From contig NC_058371.1 of NCBI RefSeq assembly GCF_018350175.1, forward strand, positions 112,778,001 to 112,842,000: a stretch of 64,000 nucleotides of DNA, in the 5' to 3' direction. The stretch comes from Felis catus. Its lineage: Eukaryota. Shown here piece after piece: positions 51,350 through 63,387 of this stretch (the stretch's first letter is position 1; every line of letters begins with the position of its first letter). A model generated the notes under the pieces. The model ran no database searches. It saw nothing but the letters and a program-made list of their open reading frames with translations, and had not been told where the DNA came from. A program made the translations under genes and the position numbers.

Positions 51350-51800
51350 GATGCTTTCAAATGCAAATAACAGAACATAATTAACTGTGGCTTCAAACAT
51401 AAAACATTTTAACTATTTCATATAAGAATAAGTATGATTGGGAGCCTCTGCAGTTGCTTAGTGGTTTGATAATGTCATCAATGTTCCAGGTCCTATGGGT
51501 GTTTTTGTCTTGCCACCCTTAATGTATCAGCACTGTTTTCTTCTGTGGCCACAGATGGCTGCCATATCCCCAAGCATCTGTCCTCACTCCAGCTTTCCAA
51601 GCAGAAGAGAAAGGAGGCAGCAAAGTGCCTTCTCTTAGTTTTCTTCTTTGTTAAGGAGAAGCCTCCCAGACAACTTATTCTCAATAAGCTTACAGAAGAA
51701 TTTGCTATAACAACATCCCATTGGCCAGGTCTGGGTCACATGCCTCACTCTTGGCTCATTCACTGGCAAAGAGGACTGTGATTGTTTTGCCCACCCTTAG
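51350..51800 (-). mobile_element. Old MLT1 LTR (MLT1J/K-like)
   Basis: CAAATAACAGAA...TGTGGCTTCAAACA...ACAGATGGCTGCC...CATTGGCCAGGTCTGGGTCACATG. Confidence 0.7.
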
Positions 51801-52429
51801 ACTGCTGACAAAGAAACTAATTGCCTTGAGATGCTCGTACCAGTTTTGCTTTGTCTCAGGGCTGGGCACATTGCATTCCAAAAAATATTGGTTTAAGTTT
51901 TCTGTTAGCAAAGGAGGAAACTGGGTTGGCTGTTCCATTATCCTCCACTGTGCCTATTACAAAAACATATAGAAGACAGAAACGATTTAAGGCTTCAATA
52001 AAACTCATTTTGGTACTTTTTACATGACTCCTTACAAACAGAATGGTCTTATTAAAAAGTGGATGCTTTGACTTATTCATGGTGATGTTAAATGTAAATG
52101 TATCATGTGAATTACTCCTTGATCCCTAAAGATAGAGATTGAAATTCTAATCTTCTAATGGAAGCATAAGAATAATTTCCAAACAAAGTACCAACAAATG
52201 ATTACGAAAGAATAGTTCTGCACGTTACCTGACATGTGGGAGTCCTAAAACTTGACCCAACATTGACAAAATACTGGGATCATTGATATCCATGTGTGTC
52301 AGTCATCTTCAGATACTCAGTACGTAAACTCAATGCTTGTCTTACCTAACCAGCCAAAGCAAGGCACTGCTTTGGAAAAAGTAGTGGTTACTGTCTCTGT
52401 TGGATCAAATAGCATATGCTGGAAATAGT

Positions 52430-52900
52430 AACATTGTGTAGAGAGATGGTATAGTCTGACTCTAGGACCGGACTGGATTTGAGTCCTTCCTTGTTCAGCT
52501 CTCGCTGAGCTCTTCCTTGTTCTCGCTATACAGTGTTGAGAGGTTATATATCTTCTCTAAACCTTAGTTTCCTTATTTTTAAAATGTGGCTCAGCCGGTT
52601 AAGCGTCTGAGTCTTGATTCTGGTGCAGGTCATGGTGTCATTGTTCTTGAGATCAAATCCCATTTCAGTTTTTGCACTGACAACAGTGGGGTCTACTTAG
52701 GACACTCTCTCCCTCTCTCTCTGCCCCTCCCCGTTCATGCTTTCTCTCTCTTTCTCTCTCTCTCTCAAAATTTAAAACAAAACAAAACAAAACCTAAAAT
52801 GTGGCAAATAATACCGATCGGATAGAGTTGTTGCATTGACTAAATGAATTAATGCATGTAAAGCATTCATTAACAGCATATAAGTTTTAGTTATGCTGTT
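52430..52900 (+). mobile_element. MIR interrupted by an old SINEC
   Basis: CTGGATTTGAGTCC...CTTAGTTTCCTTATTTTTAAAATG [SINE] ATAATACC...GTTGTTGCATTGACTAAATGA. Confidence 0.65.
52588..52795 (+). mobile_element. CAN-SINE (old)
   Basis: Diverged, with an (AAAAC)n tail; inserted in a MIR. Confidence 0.85.
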
Positions 52901-53362
52901 ATCATTGAAAGTTAAATGTGTTGGTATTTAACATTTTATATAGTATATTCACATTATCTCATGGTCCACTCACTGCAACCCTGAGAGCTAGAAATTTTCA
53001 TCCCCCTTCTATCCCCATGCAAGAACATTATACTTTTATGTCCCAATCATGTATGAGCCCAACAATGACTATTTCTTTTTAGTTTGTTAATTAAAAATTT
53101 TACTTAGAGTGTCTGCAGAAATTAAAAAATACCTGGAATTTACACATTCTTAGATTATATGATCCATAAGATCACATCAGGAAGTATGGAGAAGAGAAAG
53201 GAATGACTGGTTAATAGATGACAAGTATCCTAGGTGTTAACTGCACTCAGTAGAAGTAGTTATGTTTATTCACTGCATTAAATTTTTGGGATTGACTTAA
53301 GTGCATAGATATGCCAACTCTAGGGTAAGAGTAAAAATATAGGTAAAGGGGACTGTGCTCTA

Positions 53363-53415
53363 TTTTTTTTTAAGTTTATTTATTTGAGAGAGACAGGCAG
53401 CCTAAGTGGGGGAGG

Positions 53416-53460
<45 letters not shown>

Positions 53461-53579
53461 ACAAACAGGATCCGTGCTGCCAGCACAGAGCCTGATGCAG
53501 GGGTTGAACTCACAAACTGTGAGATCATGACCTGAGCCGAAACCAAGAGTCAGATGCTTGACTGCCACCCAGGTGCCCC
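53363..53579 (-). mobile_element. CAN-SINE (SINEC)
   Basis: Reverse-complement consensus with a long (GA)n. Confidence 0.95.
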
Positions 53580-53856
53580 ATCTGGTGCTTTAAATCTATT
53601 CTGTACCTGTAGATTTTGCACCTGTGACAGATGTAATATAGGGGAAGCAAATCCGGTCTGGTGAACATGTGTTGACAGTAGGAGTATCCATCTTCTTGCA
53701 GGAAAGATAGAAAACTCTCAGTTAAGTCCAGTCTGATTCAGTAAGGCCACACGCAAAAAGAGATGCCATCTGAACTCTTAATTTTTTCTTTCGATTCATG
53801 TTCAAGAGGAACAGCATTCTTCATTATGAAGATATGTATTTAAAATGGCTGCATTG

Positions 53857-54075
53857 GGGGGGGGGGGGTGCATGGGTGGCTCAGTTGGTTAAGCATCTAA
53901 CTTAGGCTCCTGTCATGATCTCACTTTGTGAGTTCAAGCCCCATGTGGGGCTCTGTGCTGACAGCTCAGAGCCTGGAGCCTGCTTCGGATTCTGTGTCTC
54001 CCCCTCTCTCTCTCTACCCCTCCCCTACTTGTGCTCTGTCTCTGTCTCTCAAAAATAAATAAAAGTGAAAAAACT
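53857..54075 (+). mobile_element. CAN-SINE (SINEC)
   Basis: TSD TAAAATGGCTG/TAAATGGCTG; G-run at the 5' end. Confidence 0.95.
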
Positions 54076-55228
54076 TTTTAAATGGCTGAATGGCTTTACA
54101 TCCCAATATTTGATTTTTTTTTTTTTTTTTTTTACCATGCATTGAAGGCATTGTCATTTTACTTTACTCTTTTTATAGTTCAGGACGTTGTTTTGGCATA
54201 ATGCAGCCATAGGTGGAGTGACATGGACTATTTAATAAATAACAGGGTAAATTACATTAGATGGCCTCCTGCAAATCTAGAAATCAAGTGAAGAATCCAT
54301 TCTCATCGGGTCTAATAAAGTTTTAAATGATGGTCAGGAGTCTTTTGAAATGTTTTAGATGTGGATGTTCTAGGATGAGAAAATAAAGGGGGTTGGGGAT
54401 ATCATTAGGGGCATTAACATAACTTAGAGCAGTTACTGCCATCCTGGGACTGGTGCTCAGAGAGCGAATTGGTCTGCTGGGATCACATTCTGCCTGCTTC
54501 TATTACTGCCTGCTTCTGGGCCTTGATAGCCTGAGTTACATTTTCCTGTTTGTGTTCATTCTCACGCTTGACTAAGTCACACCCAACAATTTATGTTGTC
54601 TAGGCGGAGAAGCAGGTCAGTGGTGCTATTTGAATACACAGATAGGCTGATAAAATCAATGGATGAAATAGTATGCTATTATGGTGATGCATTGTGTGCT
54701 TTCTGTACTTCTTAAACAGACCTGTAGGTTTACTCAGCACAGAGCTGATTGGAAGGTTGAACATATGCATTGTGCAAAGTCAGTGTGACAGCAGATTTTG
54801 CTTTTCTTCTGTACTTAGAACCTGAACAAAAGCAGGTTTGGGAGATCTGGGAGTATTGCTGGTTTTTATGGTTTTCACTGCACTATATAGCATAGGCTCA
54901 GACACAAAGGCCCCATACTCCAGGGGACATATGTTCATTGTTTCACTGTATTCAGACTCAAACCCCTTGGCAGAAATCCACAATATTAAAAAAAAAAAAA
55001 AATCAGTGAGAATTTTAAATACATTGGGATAACACAAATGTTTATTTTTGCAAGCATTTATTTTACACTAAGCAAAGTCTGATCACATTTCTTAAGAAGG
55101 AGATAATCACTCACGTAAGTAACTAGTATCAAGTATGGATTATATTCTAGAAAGTTCCTTCCCAGGGTCTAATTTATTGCCTAGATGGATTAGTACTCTC
55201 TGTTTCTAATCCGTGTTCTTGTCAGAGG

Positions 55229-55560
55229 TAGTTGATTCTCATTCCTTACGGTAGTTATGTTCTATAAAGTCTCTGGGAACACTTAGCAAATTCCGAAACA
55301 CTGCTCACAAAGGAAGTAACACTGTTAGGTCCTGCAAGCCGTTGGTCGTAACAATTTTGTCAACTGACCAATGTTTTATGTGTGCTTCTGTTTCAAGATA
55401 CTTTATACTTAACATGTACTGTCGATTCTTTAATATTAAACTCCCAGCCAATAGCCTCAGAACTCACACCTGCAGGAAGCTTATCTAACACACATATTTC
55501 TCCGTAAGGCACATCACAGCCTTCTTGCACTTAGGAACACTGGGCAGCATTTTAGCTATC
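55229..55560 (+). mobile_element. MER82-like TcMar-Tigger DNA transposon
   Basis: AGTTGATTCTCATT...CGGTAGTTATGTTCTATAAAGTC, the recalled MER82 terminus. Confidence 0.8.
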
Positions 55561-56017
55561 ATCACAAAGTATGCCTTTAAAGCTGGAGATTTAAAGTTTT
55601 ATTAAAGGAGATAAGAATTAGGTCAAAAAAATTGCTGTGGTCTCTGAAGAGAGAATCAGGAGAGAATTTTGGAAAAGGGTGGAAAATTGCAAACGCACAC
55701 ATACACAGGGAAGCCTTTGCCACTGCACTTATGGATATGGAAGGTGATTGAAGTGTTTGCTGGAAGTTGTAATGTTTGTTTAAAGATCTCTTTTGGGCAT
55801 GTAATAAGGATATTAGCTAGCAGTGATTGAGAGCTTACCCTGAGCCTACGAAGGACTTTCTGAACATTGACTCACTAACCCTCCATTTTATAGAATATGC
55901 TTTGTGAGGGCATGTTTTGCAACTGAGGAACCTTAGGCACAGAGAAGATAAGTAACTTGCAAAAGAACACAGAGCTAGTAACCAGAAGAGATGGGCAGTT
56001 TTCGAAGAAGTTCTGAT

Positions 56018-56162
56018 NNNNNNNNNNNNNNNNNNNNNNNNNNNNNNNNNNNNNNNNNNNNNNNNNNNNNNNNNNNNNNNNNNNNNNNNNNNNNNNNNNN
56101 NNNNNNNNNNNNNNNNNNNNNNNNNNNNNNNNNNNNNNNNNNNNNNNNNNNNNNNNNNNNNN
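56018..56162. other. Assembly gap (N)
   Basis: Run of N. Confidence 1.
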
Positions 56163-56268
56163 CTGAGTGCAGACCCCGATGTGGGGCTTGAACTCACAAA
56201 CTGTTTGATCGTGACCTGAGCCGAAACCAAGAGCCAGACACTCAACCAACTGAACCACCCAGGGCCCC
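56163..56268 (-). mobile_element. CAN-SINE (tail lost in gap)
   Basis: Head portion only. Confidence 0.9.
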
Positions 56269-56545
56269 GAATTAGACTCTTATTCTACTAATTTATAGCA
56301 ATACAGGTCTCATAGAACAAGTTAAAAATAAGCCAGAAAATGCTGATTCATTCTTGAAAACTTAATTTTTTTTCTTTGAGTAATCTCTTTTATGTTCACT
56401 TACATTCTGAGCTCTATTCATAAAGTGATACGAAGGCAAATTTCTATAAAAACATTAATCTTAATTAGTAAACACTCCCTAATCAGGTCTTCCAATTGGA
56501 ATCAAGCACTAAATCTAAAATTTGTACCAAAGATACAAGAAAGGA

Positions 56546-56746
56546 GGGTGCCTGGGTGGCTCAGTTGGCTAAGCGTCCGACTTTGGCTCAGGTCATGATT
56601 TCGTGGCTTGTGAGATCAAGTCCCACATGGGACTCTCTGCTGTAGTTGCAGAGCCCGCTTCAGATCCCCTGTCTCCCTCTCTTTCTGCCCCTTCCCCACT
56701 CACACTCTCTCCCTCAAAAATAAATACACATTAAAAAAAAAAAAAA
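56546..56746 (+). mobile_element. CAN-SINE (first of a tandem pair)
   Basis: Preceded by ATACAAGAAAGGA. Confidence 0.95.
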
Positions 56747-56752
56747 TACAAG

Positions 56753-56973
56753 CCGTCGCCTGGGTGGCTCAGTTGCTTAAGCATCTGACGTCCACTCAGG
56801 TCATGATCTCACGGCTTGAGAGTTTGAGCCCCGTGTTGGGCTCTGTGCTGACAGCTCAGAGCCTGAGCCTGGAGCCTGCGTCAGACTCTGTGTCTCTTCC
56901 TCTTTCTGCCCCTCCCCTACCTGTGCTTTGCCTTTCTGTCTCTCTCTCAAAAATAAATAAACATTAAAAAAAA
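56753..56973 (+). mobile_element. CAN-SINE (second of a tandem pair)
   Basis: Followed by ATACGAGAAAGGA. Confidence 0.95.
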
Positions 56974-57295
56974 ATACGAGAAAGGACTTCTTTAATTGCC
57001 ATGACACTTGTCAGCACCTAAATAAAGGCCTCAAAAAGTTTTATATACAAACAATAGGAACAGCCTTAAACTTTGACATAGGCATTCTGTTCTGATGCCT
57101 CTAAAGAAATAAGAACTCTAGATACATATTTTTCAAAAGATGATGTGAGCTAATTGTATGTTCTTGACCGAGATCAATTGTAGTCAAGAATATTCTTATG
57201 GAAAGGTCTCCTCTGTCTCCCTCTAAAAAAAACATCCTTACCCTCCAAAAATCTTTAGTAGACCTCTGTGTACCCATTAAAATTATATTACTGAA

Positions 57296-57527
57296 GGGGC
57301 GCCTGGGTGGCGCAGTCAGTTGAGCGTCCGACTTCAGCCAGGTCACGATCTCGCGGTCCCTGAGTTCGAGCCCCGCGTCAGGCTCTGGGCTGATGGTTCA
57401 GAGCCTGGAGCCTGTTTCTGATTCTGTGTCTCCCTCTCTCTCTGCCCCTCCCCCGTTCATGCTCTGTCTCTCTCTGTCCCAAAAATAAATAAACGTTGAA
57501 AAAAAAAATAAATAAAATAAAATAAAA
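57296..57527 (+). mobile_element. CAN-SINE, young felid subfamily
   Basis: CpG-rich; perfect TSD AAATTATATTACTGAAG. Confidence 0.95.
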
Positions 57528-59422
57528 TTATATTACTGAAGAATGTGTCTTGACAGAAAATGCACATCATATATTGCTGAGGGGAAAAATGCCTATGTAC
57601 AGAACAACATGGCCAATTTGTAAAACATACACATATTATACATGTACAAATACAAACATATATACACAGTTTTAACTGTGTGTATATCAAAATTGTAATC
57701 ATGATCCTTTTGAAGATGGAATTAAGTTTTTATTCCGGGGAACCAAAAGTGTGTCTCAATACATGTAATATATTTTTGCCAGTGGAGAGACTTTCAGACG
57801 CCTTGGTCATCTGTGTGCAGATGTTCAGTCTGTTCTTGGGTCAAGCCAGCTGGTGATTACTAAGAGATCAGATTGTGCCTGACATGCAAGAGACAGGCAA
57901 GAAGGACAAGAAGGCAATGTCCTATGATAGGTAGAGACCCTCTGTAAATATCTCAGTCTGAGTTGTGATCCATTCAGAAAGAGAAATCTACATGCAAAAT
58001 ACAGGTAGATTGCCATATTGCGAGCAAATACTCAAGTGCTGTAATATCGGAATGAGTTACAGTAACTCAGAAAGGAAAATCACTATGCAGTGAGATGTTT
58101 GGGAAGATTTCATTAAGAGGCAGGAGCCTTGAGAGTTTATAGTTGGATTGACAAGAAGGAGTAGTGGGAGTTGACGTTTTAGGTGGTCACAGTAGAATCC
58201 TGTGTGTTGTCCAATATGCCAATCATGACAGATTACAGAGTGCTGAGGTTGAGGCAGTGCTGTCAGCTGCTTTCTGTCAGCCAGGGCAAAAGTAGAAACA
58301 CAAGAATTTAAGGGAGTTGTTATCTGAGAAAAAAGGTGGGTGTCTGTTGCTCAGGAGAGCTAGTTGATTTTTCTGGAAGTCAAGGACAAAACAAAACAGC
58401 AACCTTTGGGGTAAAGTAAGTGATATAATGTCAAAGAACACTACAGCCTAGGAGCCAAATGAACATGGTCAAAGTCACTTTCCTGTGATCTTAACCTGAT
58501 AGCAAGTTGGAAGTCACAGTACCCAGAGAATCAATAATGCTGTCATTAATTTCCCTGAAGATCAGCTCTGAGATGGGCTTTTGCTGATGAGCTATCCCAG
58601 TAGTGCCAGACTCTGTGGCTGTCACAGAGGTGGTGGCCAAGTGTGTTGAAAATAGGATCACCAGCTGATAATTTGTTAGGAATATAGAGAAGCCTAATTG
58701 TTCTTCTTGCTTGAGAAGACCACCCTTCCTTCCCACCTTTCCTGGTGAGCCAAAGGTTATAGGCAGAAGATGTAGGATTGTCCTTGGAAATTCTTGGATT
58801 CTCTCCAATGCCCAGGTAAACATTTGGTTTTTCAAAGGAGGTGTTACTTGGCAACCTCCACATACCTTATTTGATAAATCTTTGATAATCCTGACAGGAA
58901 TCATTATAATTGTTAGTTAAAGAAACTGAGTCATCTCTACCCCATAGTGACTATGTGACTAATTCAGGATTAGAACTCAAGCATGCCCAACTCCAGAAGC
59001 AATGCTTGCCCTGCCCATCACCGAGCCGCAAGTTAACACGCAGCTCTGCTGTGTTTCTGAGAGCTTGGCAAATTGAGCTCAGTTGTACCTACTCTGTTTG
59101 TTGCCGTGCTAGTAAAACACAGGATCTAGAAGCTGAGGGGAGATGCAGCCCAGCCTGACTGAGGTTTACATGGAATTGCTGGGGGGGAATGAGGCTGGAT
59201 AGGTGAGGGTAGATGGGCAGCTTGGAAGCCAGACTGAGGAATTGGAGTAGCTCTGGAAGGCAGGAAGGAAACACGTAAATCAAGGACAAATATAATGCCC
59301 TCTTCTTTCACAAACCCAAATAATATTGAGGATGAACTATATGAAATTACCAATACTTAAGTATTTTGACTTATGAAATGGCAAAAGCATGTGGTTCAAC
59401 TGCAACAGTTTTCCCTGGTATT

Positions 59423-59600
59423 GCTTTTTTTAAAATTATTTTTTATTGTTTATTTATTTTTGAGAGAGAGAGAGAGAAAGAGTGCATGTACACAATCAGA
59501 GGAGGGAGATGCACTATCCAAAGTAAGCTCCAGGCCCCAAGCTGTCAGCACAGAGGCCGACATGGGACTCGAACTCAGAAGCCATGAGATCATGACTGAA
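59423..59600 (-). mobile_element. 5'-truncated CAN-SINE
   Basis: TSD TCCCTGGTATTG. Confidence 0.9.
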
Positions 59601-60419
59601 CCCCTCCCTGGTATTGTTTTCATGTCTTTCTTATTTCACATATATTTTCACCTGAGAGAATACTGGCAAGCTTTGCCATTTTGAGTTTATTGTTTGCAGA
59701 CACCAAGCAAATACTCTGTATTTCTTGTCCAACTGGTTAAAAGCCAGGTCTCTTTTTTTTTTTTTTTTTTTTCCAGAATAAAGGTCAAACCTGCTACATG
59801 AGCTCATTTGTTGGCTGCAATTTGGATAGACATTATAAAGATTGAACACACAGAAAGGCCACACTCTGCATTACTTTTCAGGACTGCTTCCTTTCATCAG
59901 AAACAAGCAGCCTACTTGCCTGCCTTCCATCTTGTTTTCTTTCTTTTAGCAAATCTTCATGGTATCTCGATGGCAGACTTATGATAGTTGTCTTATGTGA
60001 ACCTGTGTACCTAGTGCTGGGGTCATAATACTCCTGCTAACAAATGCAATTTCCCTTTTTTCTTTTCTGAGCTGTGGCTTCAACTTCCCTTACCTGAACT
60101 TGTCATTAGAGAAGCAGTGTATGGAAGCCTGGTACCTGTAGATTCAGACGCACCAAGTTCCAGACCCACCCTGGCCACGTAATGGTTTGGTGAATTTGAG
60201 CACGCTCATTAATGTCCTTGGGCCTCCATTTCTCAGTGTGTAATTGGGATCATCAAATTGGGCTGTGGTAAGAATTGAACTAGAGAAAGTGTGTAAATTG
60301 CTTACCAAATGTCCAGCACCTTATCAGCCCTTCATAAAAGATAGCTTTTGCTGAGTGACTACCTGGGCATCCATGTGAATTTTGCCTTGCTTTCAACATA
60401 ACAGAGGTCCTAATCAAAC

Positions 60420-61350
60420 AAGATTTTTTTACCTTCTCACCAAGTATTCAGAAACATCATTTTACAACTAGGCCTAGAAAACTTTTCATTACTCCCAAGT
60501 TGCCTATTACATTGACTCCAATTTCCCACTCTGATACACAAGATTCTTTGCACTATAACCTCAACTCACCCTTCTGGTCTTATGGTTACTTTTCCCTTTT
60601 TCCTATGAACAACCTATAACCCTGGCAGACTGAACCACTTCCTGTTTCTTGTGTATTTCCATCCCATCCTTTTCCTTTGTTTCTCTCACCTGGAATATCT
60701 GTCCACTTTCCTTACTTTGAAAACTTACCAGAAAGCCCATCTCGACACCACCACCTTCAAAAAACTTTTAAAGGTTTTCTAAATGGTTTTGATATTTGCA
60801 GCCCCTATCTCTTCTTTAGGGTTAAACTCTGGCTGATTTTCTTGTAATAAGGTTAGTTGTTATTTCTGTTATCACCTTTATCACATTTTATACTCATTGA
60901 TGATAAGACTTGACTTGTAATCAAACCTGCTACAATATACAGTAAGGTCAGTAACTATTTGCAGAATTTCATTTACTCACCAGACACATTCAGGGCAAGG
61001 CTCTTGCTCTCATGGACCATACATGCCCCTGGGTCAGAGAGGCATTAAGCATGCAAACAAATACATAAACAAAATAATGTTAGATGTTGATAAGTGCTAC
61101 AATGAAAATAAAATAACCATGTGATAGGAGGTGACATGGGACCACAAGAAGCCCCACATTTCAGCGAGGGCGGGGGCTGTTGTGAAGGCCTCCCTAAAGT
61201 TATCATCTGAGATGTTAGCAAATGAGAAGATCACGGAGAAGATTACATGTTAGCCCTGGAAACATGTAGGAGAAAAGAGGGTCCTAGACAGGACAATAAA
61301 TACAAAAAGCCTTTGTCAGAGAACTATGGCTTGCACTAGAATAGGCCTCT
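60420..61350. mobile_element. L2 fragments in both orientations
   Basis: CTATAACCCTGGCAGACTGAACCAC...; TTGCTCTCATGGACCATACAT...GATAAGTGCTACAATGAAAA. Confidence 0.55.
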
Positions 61351-61606
61351 GCTTTCTGTTTTATTTCTGAACAACACTCAGATATTGATTGCACATTTGA
61401 GTCATATTTGATAGTTTGGAGTTCATTATATTCTCAGTGTGGTTCTGTATTATTTCTATGTGATTGGTTCATATTTGTTCACAGGAAGCCAGTTTTTCTT
61501 TGCACAGCCTTGGATACAGAACATTTAGTTTAAATCCTAGCTCTGCCACTTACTACCTGGGTGACCTTAAGCAAATTATTCACCTATTGAAGACTTATGT
61601 TCCTGG

Positions 61607-61800
61607 TCTTTTTTTTTTGAAGGAGAGAGAGACAGACAGACAGAGAGGGCTGGGGAGAGGGGCAGAGGAAGAAAGAGAATCTCAATCAGACTCCAAGCTC
61701 AGCATGGGGCCCAATGCATGCCTTGATCCCACCACCTGGGATCATGACCTGAATCAAAATCAAGAGTTTGGGTGCTCAACTAACTGAGCCACCCAGGGTC
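61607..61800 (-). mobile_element. CAN-SINE (older)
   Basis: Reverse-complement consensus, inserted in a MIR. Confidence 0.9.
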
Positions 61801-61882
61801 CTCTCGTGTTCCTTGCCTTGAATGAGTATCACAGCAAATGCTTTTCAGGGATGTGAGGATCTAATTAGAAAATGTATACCAA

Positions 61883-62030
61883 GGGGCACCTGTGGGCTCA
61901 GTCAGTCAAGCATCTGACTCTTGATCTCAGCTCAGGTCTTGATCTCAGAGTCTCGAGTTCAAGCCTTGCATTGGGCTCCATGCTGGGCATGAGGCCTACT
62001 TAAGGAAAAACAAAAACAAAACAAAAAACT
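61883..62030 (+). mobile_element. Short old CAN-SINE
   Basis: Head plus CCTACTTAAG and an (AAAAC)n tail; no (CT)n. Confidence 0.85.
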
Positions 62031-62450
62031 GTATGTCAAGCGCCTGGCATGTAGTAGAAGTTAAGTAAAGAGTAGAACTTATTTTGCCATGCATTGTGTT
62101 TGGGGTACCTTCAAATATGTTATTAAAAATGGAATTGTAAATCCAGATTCTAAGCTTGTATTTCTATAGTAACTGGAGTTAGTTCCAGTGGTTAAGCATT
62201 CATTGTTGTGAAGTTTTCATCTGAGGGCAGATGCACTCCTGCTGAAAGCAGAAGTGATTGATGCAAGTCTGGGGTGGAGATTCCTGCACCTCCACCTCTC
62301 CAGCAAGGAGATTTTGATAAAAGGAACTAAGATGTTAACAATAGAAATTGTAACGTGTTAAATGAGGTGGAAAAACTGCCACTAGATGTTTTGTTTCCTT
62401 AAGGAAAATATAAATTTTGTCATTGCAGCAGGGAGACAGGAGGAAAAATG

Positions 62451-62452
<2 letters not shown>

Positions 62453-62493
<41 letters not shown>

Positions 62494-62499
62494 AAAAAA
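62453..62499. repeat. Poly-A tract
   Basis: About 39 consecutive A followed by GAAAAAAA. Confidence 0.95.
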
Positions 62500-62917
62500 T
62501 TCTAAGGGAAGAAATTGTCCAAAATATCTATATTCAGAAAAACGGCTCATTATAATTCCTTGAAATAGTCATATTAAAACTTTACTGAGTCTGACTAAAA
62601 ACGAGATAATTTGGTAATTAATTGTCTGTTATCTTTATATAATTCGACTGCGGATAGCCCATAAAAACTATTTGTTCAGCATTCTGCTGTTAGCATTCTT
62701 CTAGTTTATCTTTAACCTTAATTTTATTCATTAAAAAATAATTAAGAACAGGCATGGTATAAAATTAAAAATTATACAAGGGCATGCACTGAAAAATGTA
62801 TTCAATATAAAGGAATATAAAGGAATATATCCCTTTGTAAACCACAGTGCCCCTCCCTGTAGATAGCCAGTGTACCCTTACAGAGATGTTCTATGCGTGT
62901 ACAAAGCAATTATAAAT

Positions 62918-63199
62918 ACAGTTACTTTTCATTATTCGTGGTAGTTATCTTCTATAGTCACCACAAGCACTGAATTAGCAAATGCAGAACCTTTATGCAT
63001 ACACGATTAGGTTCCTGAGAGCTTCTGGTCACGACATTTTTGATAACCGATTAATACATAGCCTTGTTTTATGTGTATATCTGTTTAAAGACATCTTATT
63101 TAATGTGTACTGTTCATTCATTAACCCTGAACCCACAGCCAGTGGCACTGTAACTCATGCCTGAATGAAGCTTATGTAACACATGAAGTTTCTCCATGA
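62918..63199 (+). mobile_element. MER82-like TcMar-Tigger DNA transposon, truncated at a gap
   Basis: CAGTTACTTTTCATTATTCGTGGTAGTTATCTTCTATAGTC...CTGAATTAGCAAAT; homologous to the copy at 55229. Confidence 0.8.
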
Positions 63200-63387
63200 N
63201 NNNNNNNNNNNNNNNNNNNNNNNNNNNNNNNNNNNNNNNNNNNNNNNNNNNNNNNNNNNNNNNNNNNNNNNNNNNNNNNNNNNNNNNNNNNNNNNNNNNN
63301 NNNNNNNNNNNNNNNNNNNNNNNNNNNNNNNNNNNNNNNNNNNNNNNNNNNNNNNNNNNNNNNNNNNNNNNNNNNNNNNNNNNNNNN
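63200..63387. other. Assembly gap (N)
   Basis: Run of N. Confidence 1.

Larger units (their letters stand above)
61490..62075 (+). mobile_element. MIR interrupted by two SINECs
   Basis: TTTAAATCCTAGCTCTGCCACTTACTACCTGGGTGACCTTAAGCAA ... GCGCCTGGCATGTAGTAGAAGT. Confidence 0.7.

Noticed and set aside
60005-60035. GTGCTGGGGTCATAATA resembling the end of the next LDAF1 exon as recalled
   Set aside because: The match does not extend upstream and lies 55 kb away; treated as chance.
431-62030. Recurrent ORF family MAQSVK..TSAQVMIS..LTAQSLEPASDSVSPSLS and its antisense peptides
   Set aside because: These are translations of CAN-SINEs, not a gene family or domain repeat.
431-62030. Dispersed ~200 bp repeat as a possible CRISPR array or tRNA gene set
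   Set aside because: Irregular spacing, both orientations, TSDs and poly-A tails identify retrotransposed SINEs. The tRNA-like head is a SINE promoter, not a complete tRNA.
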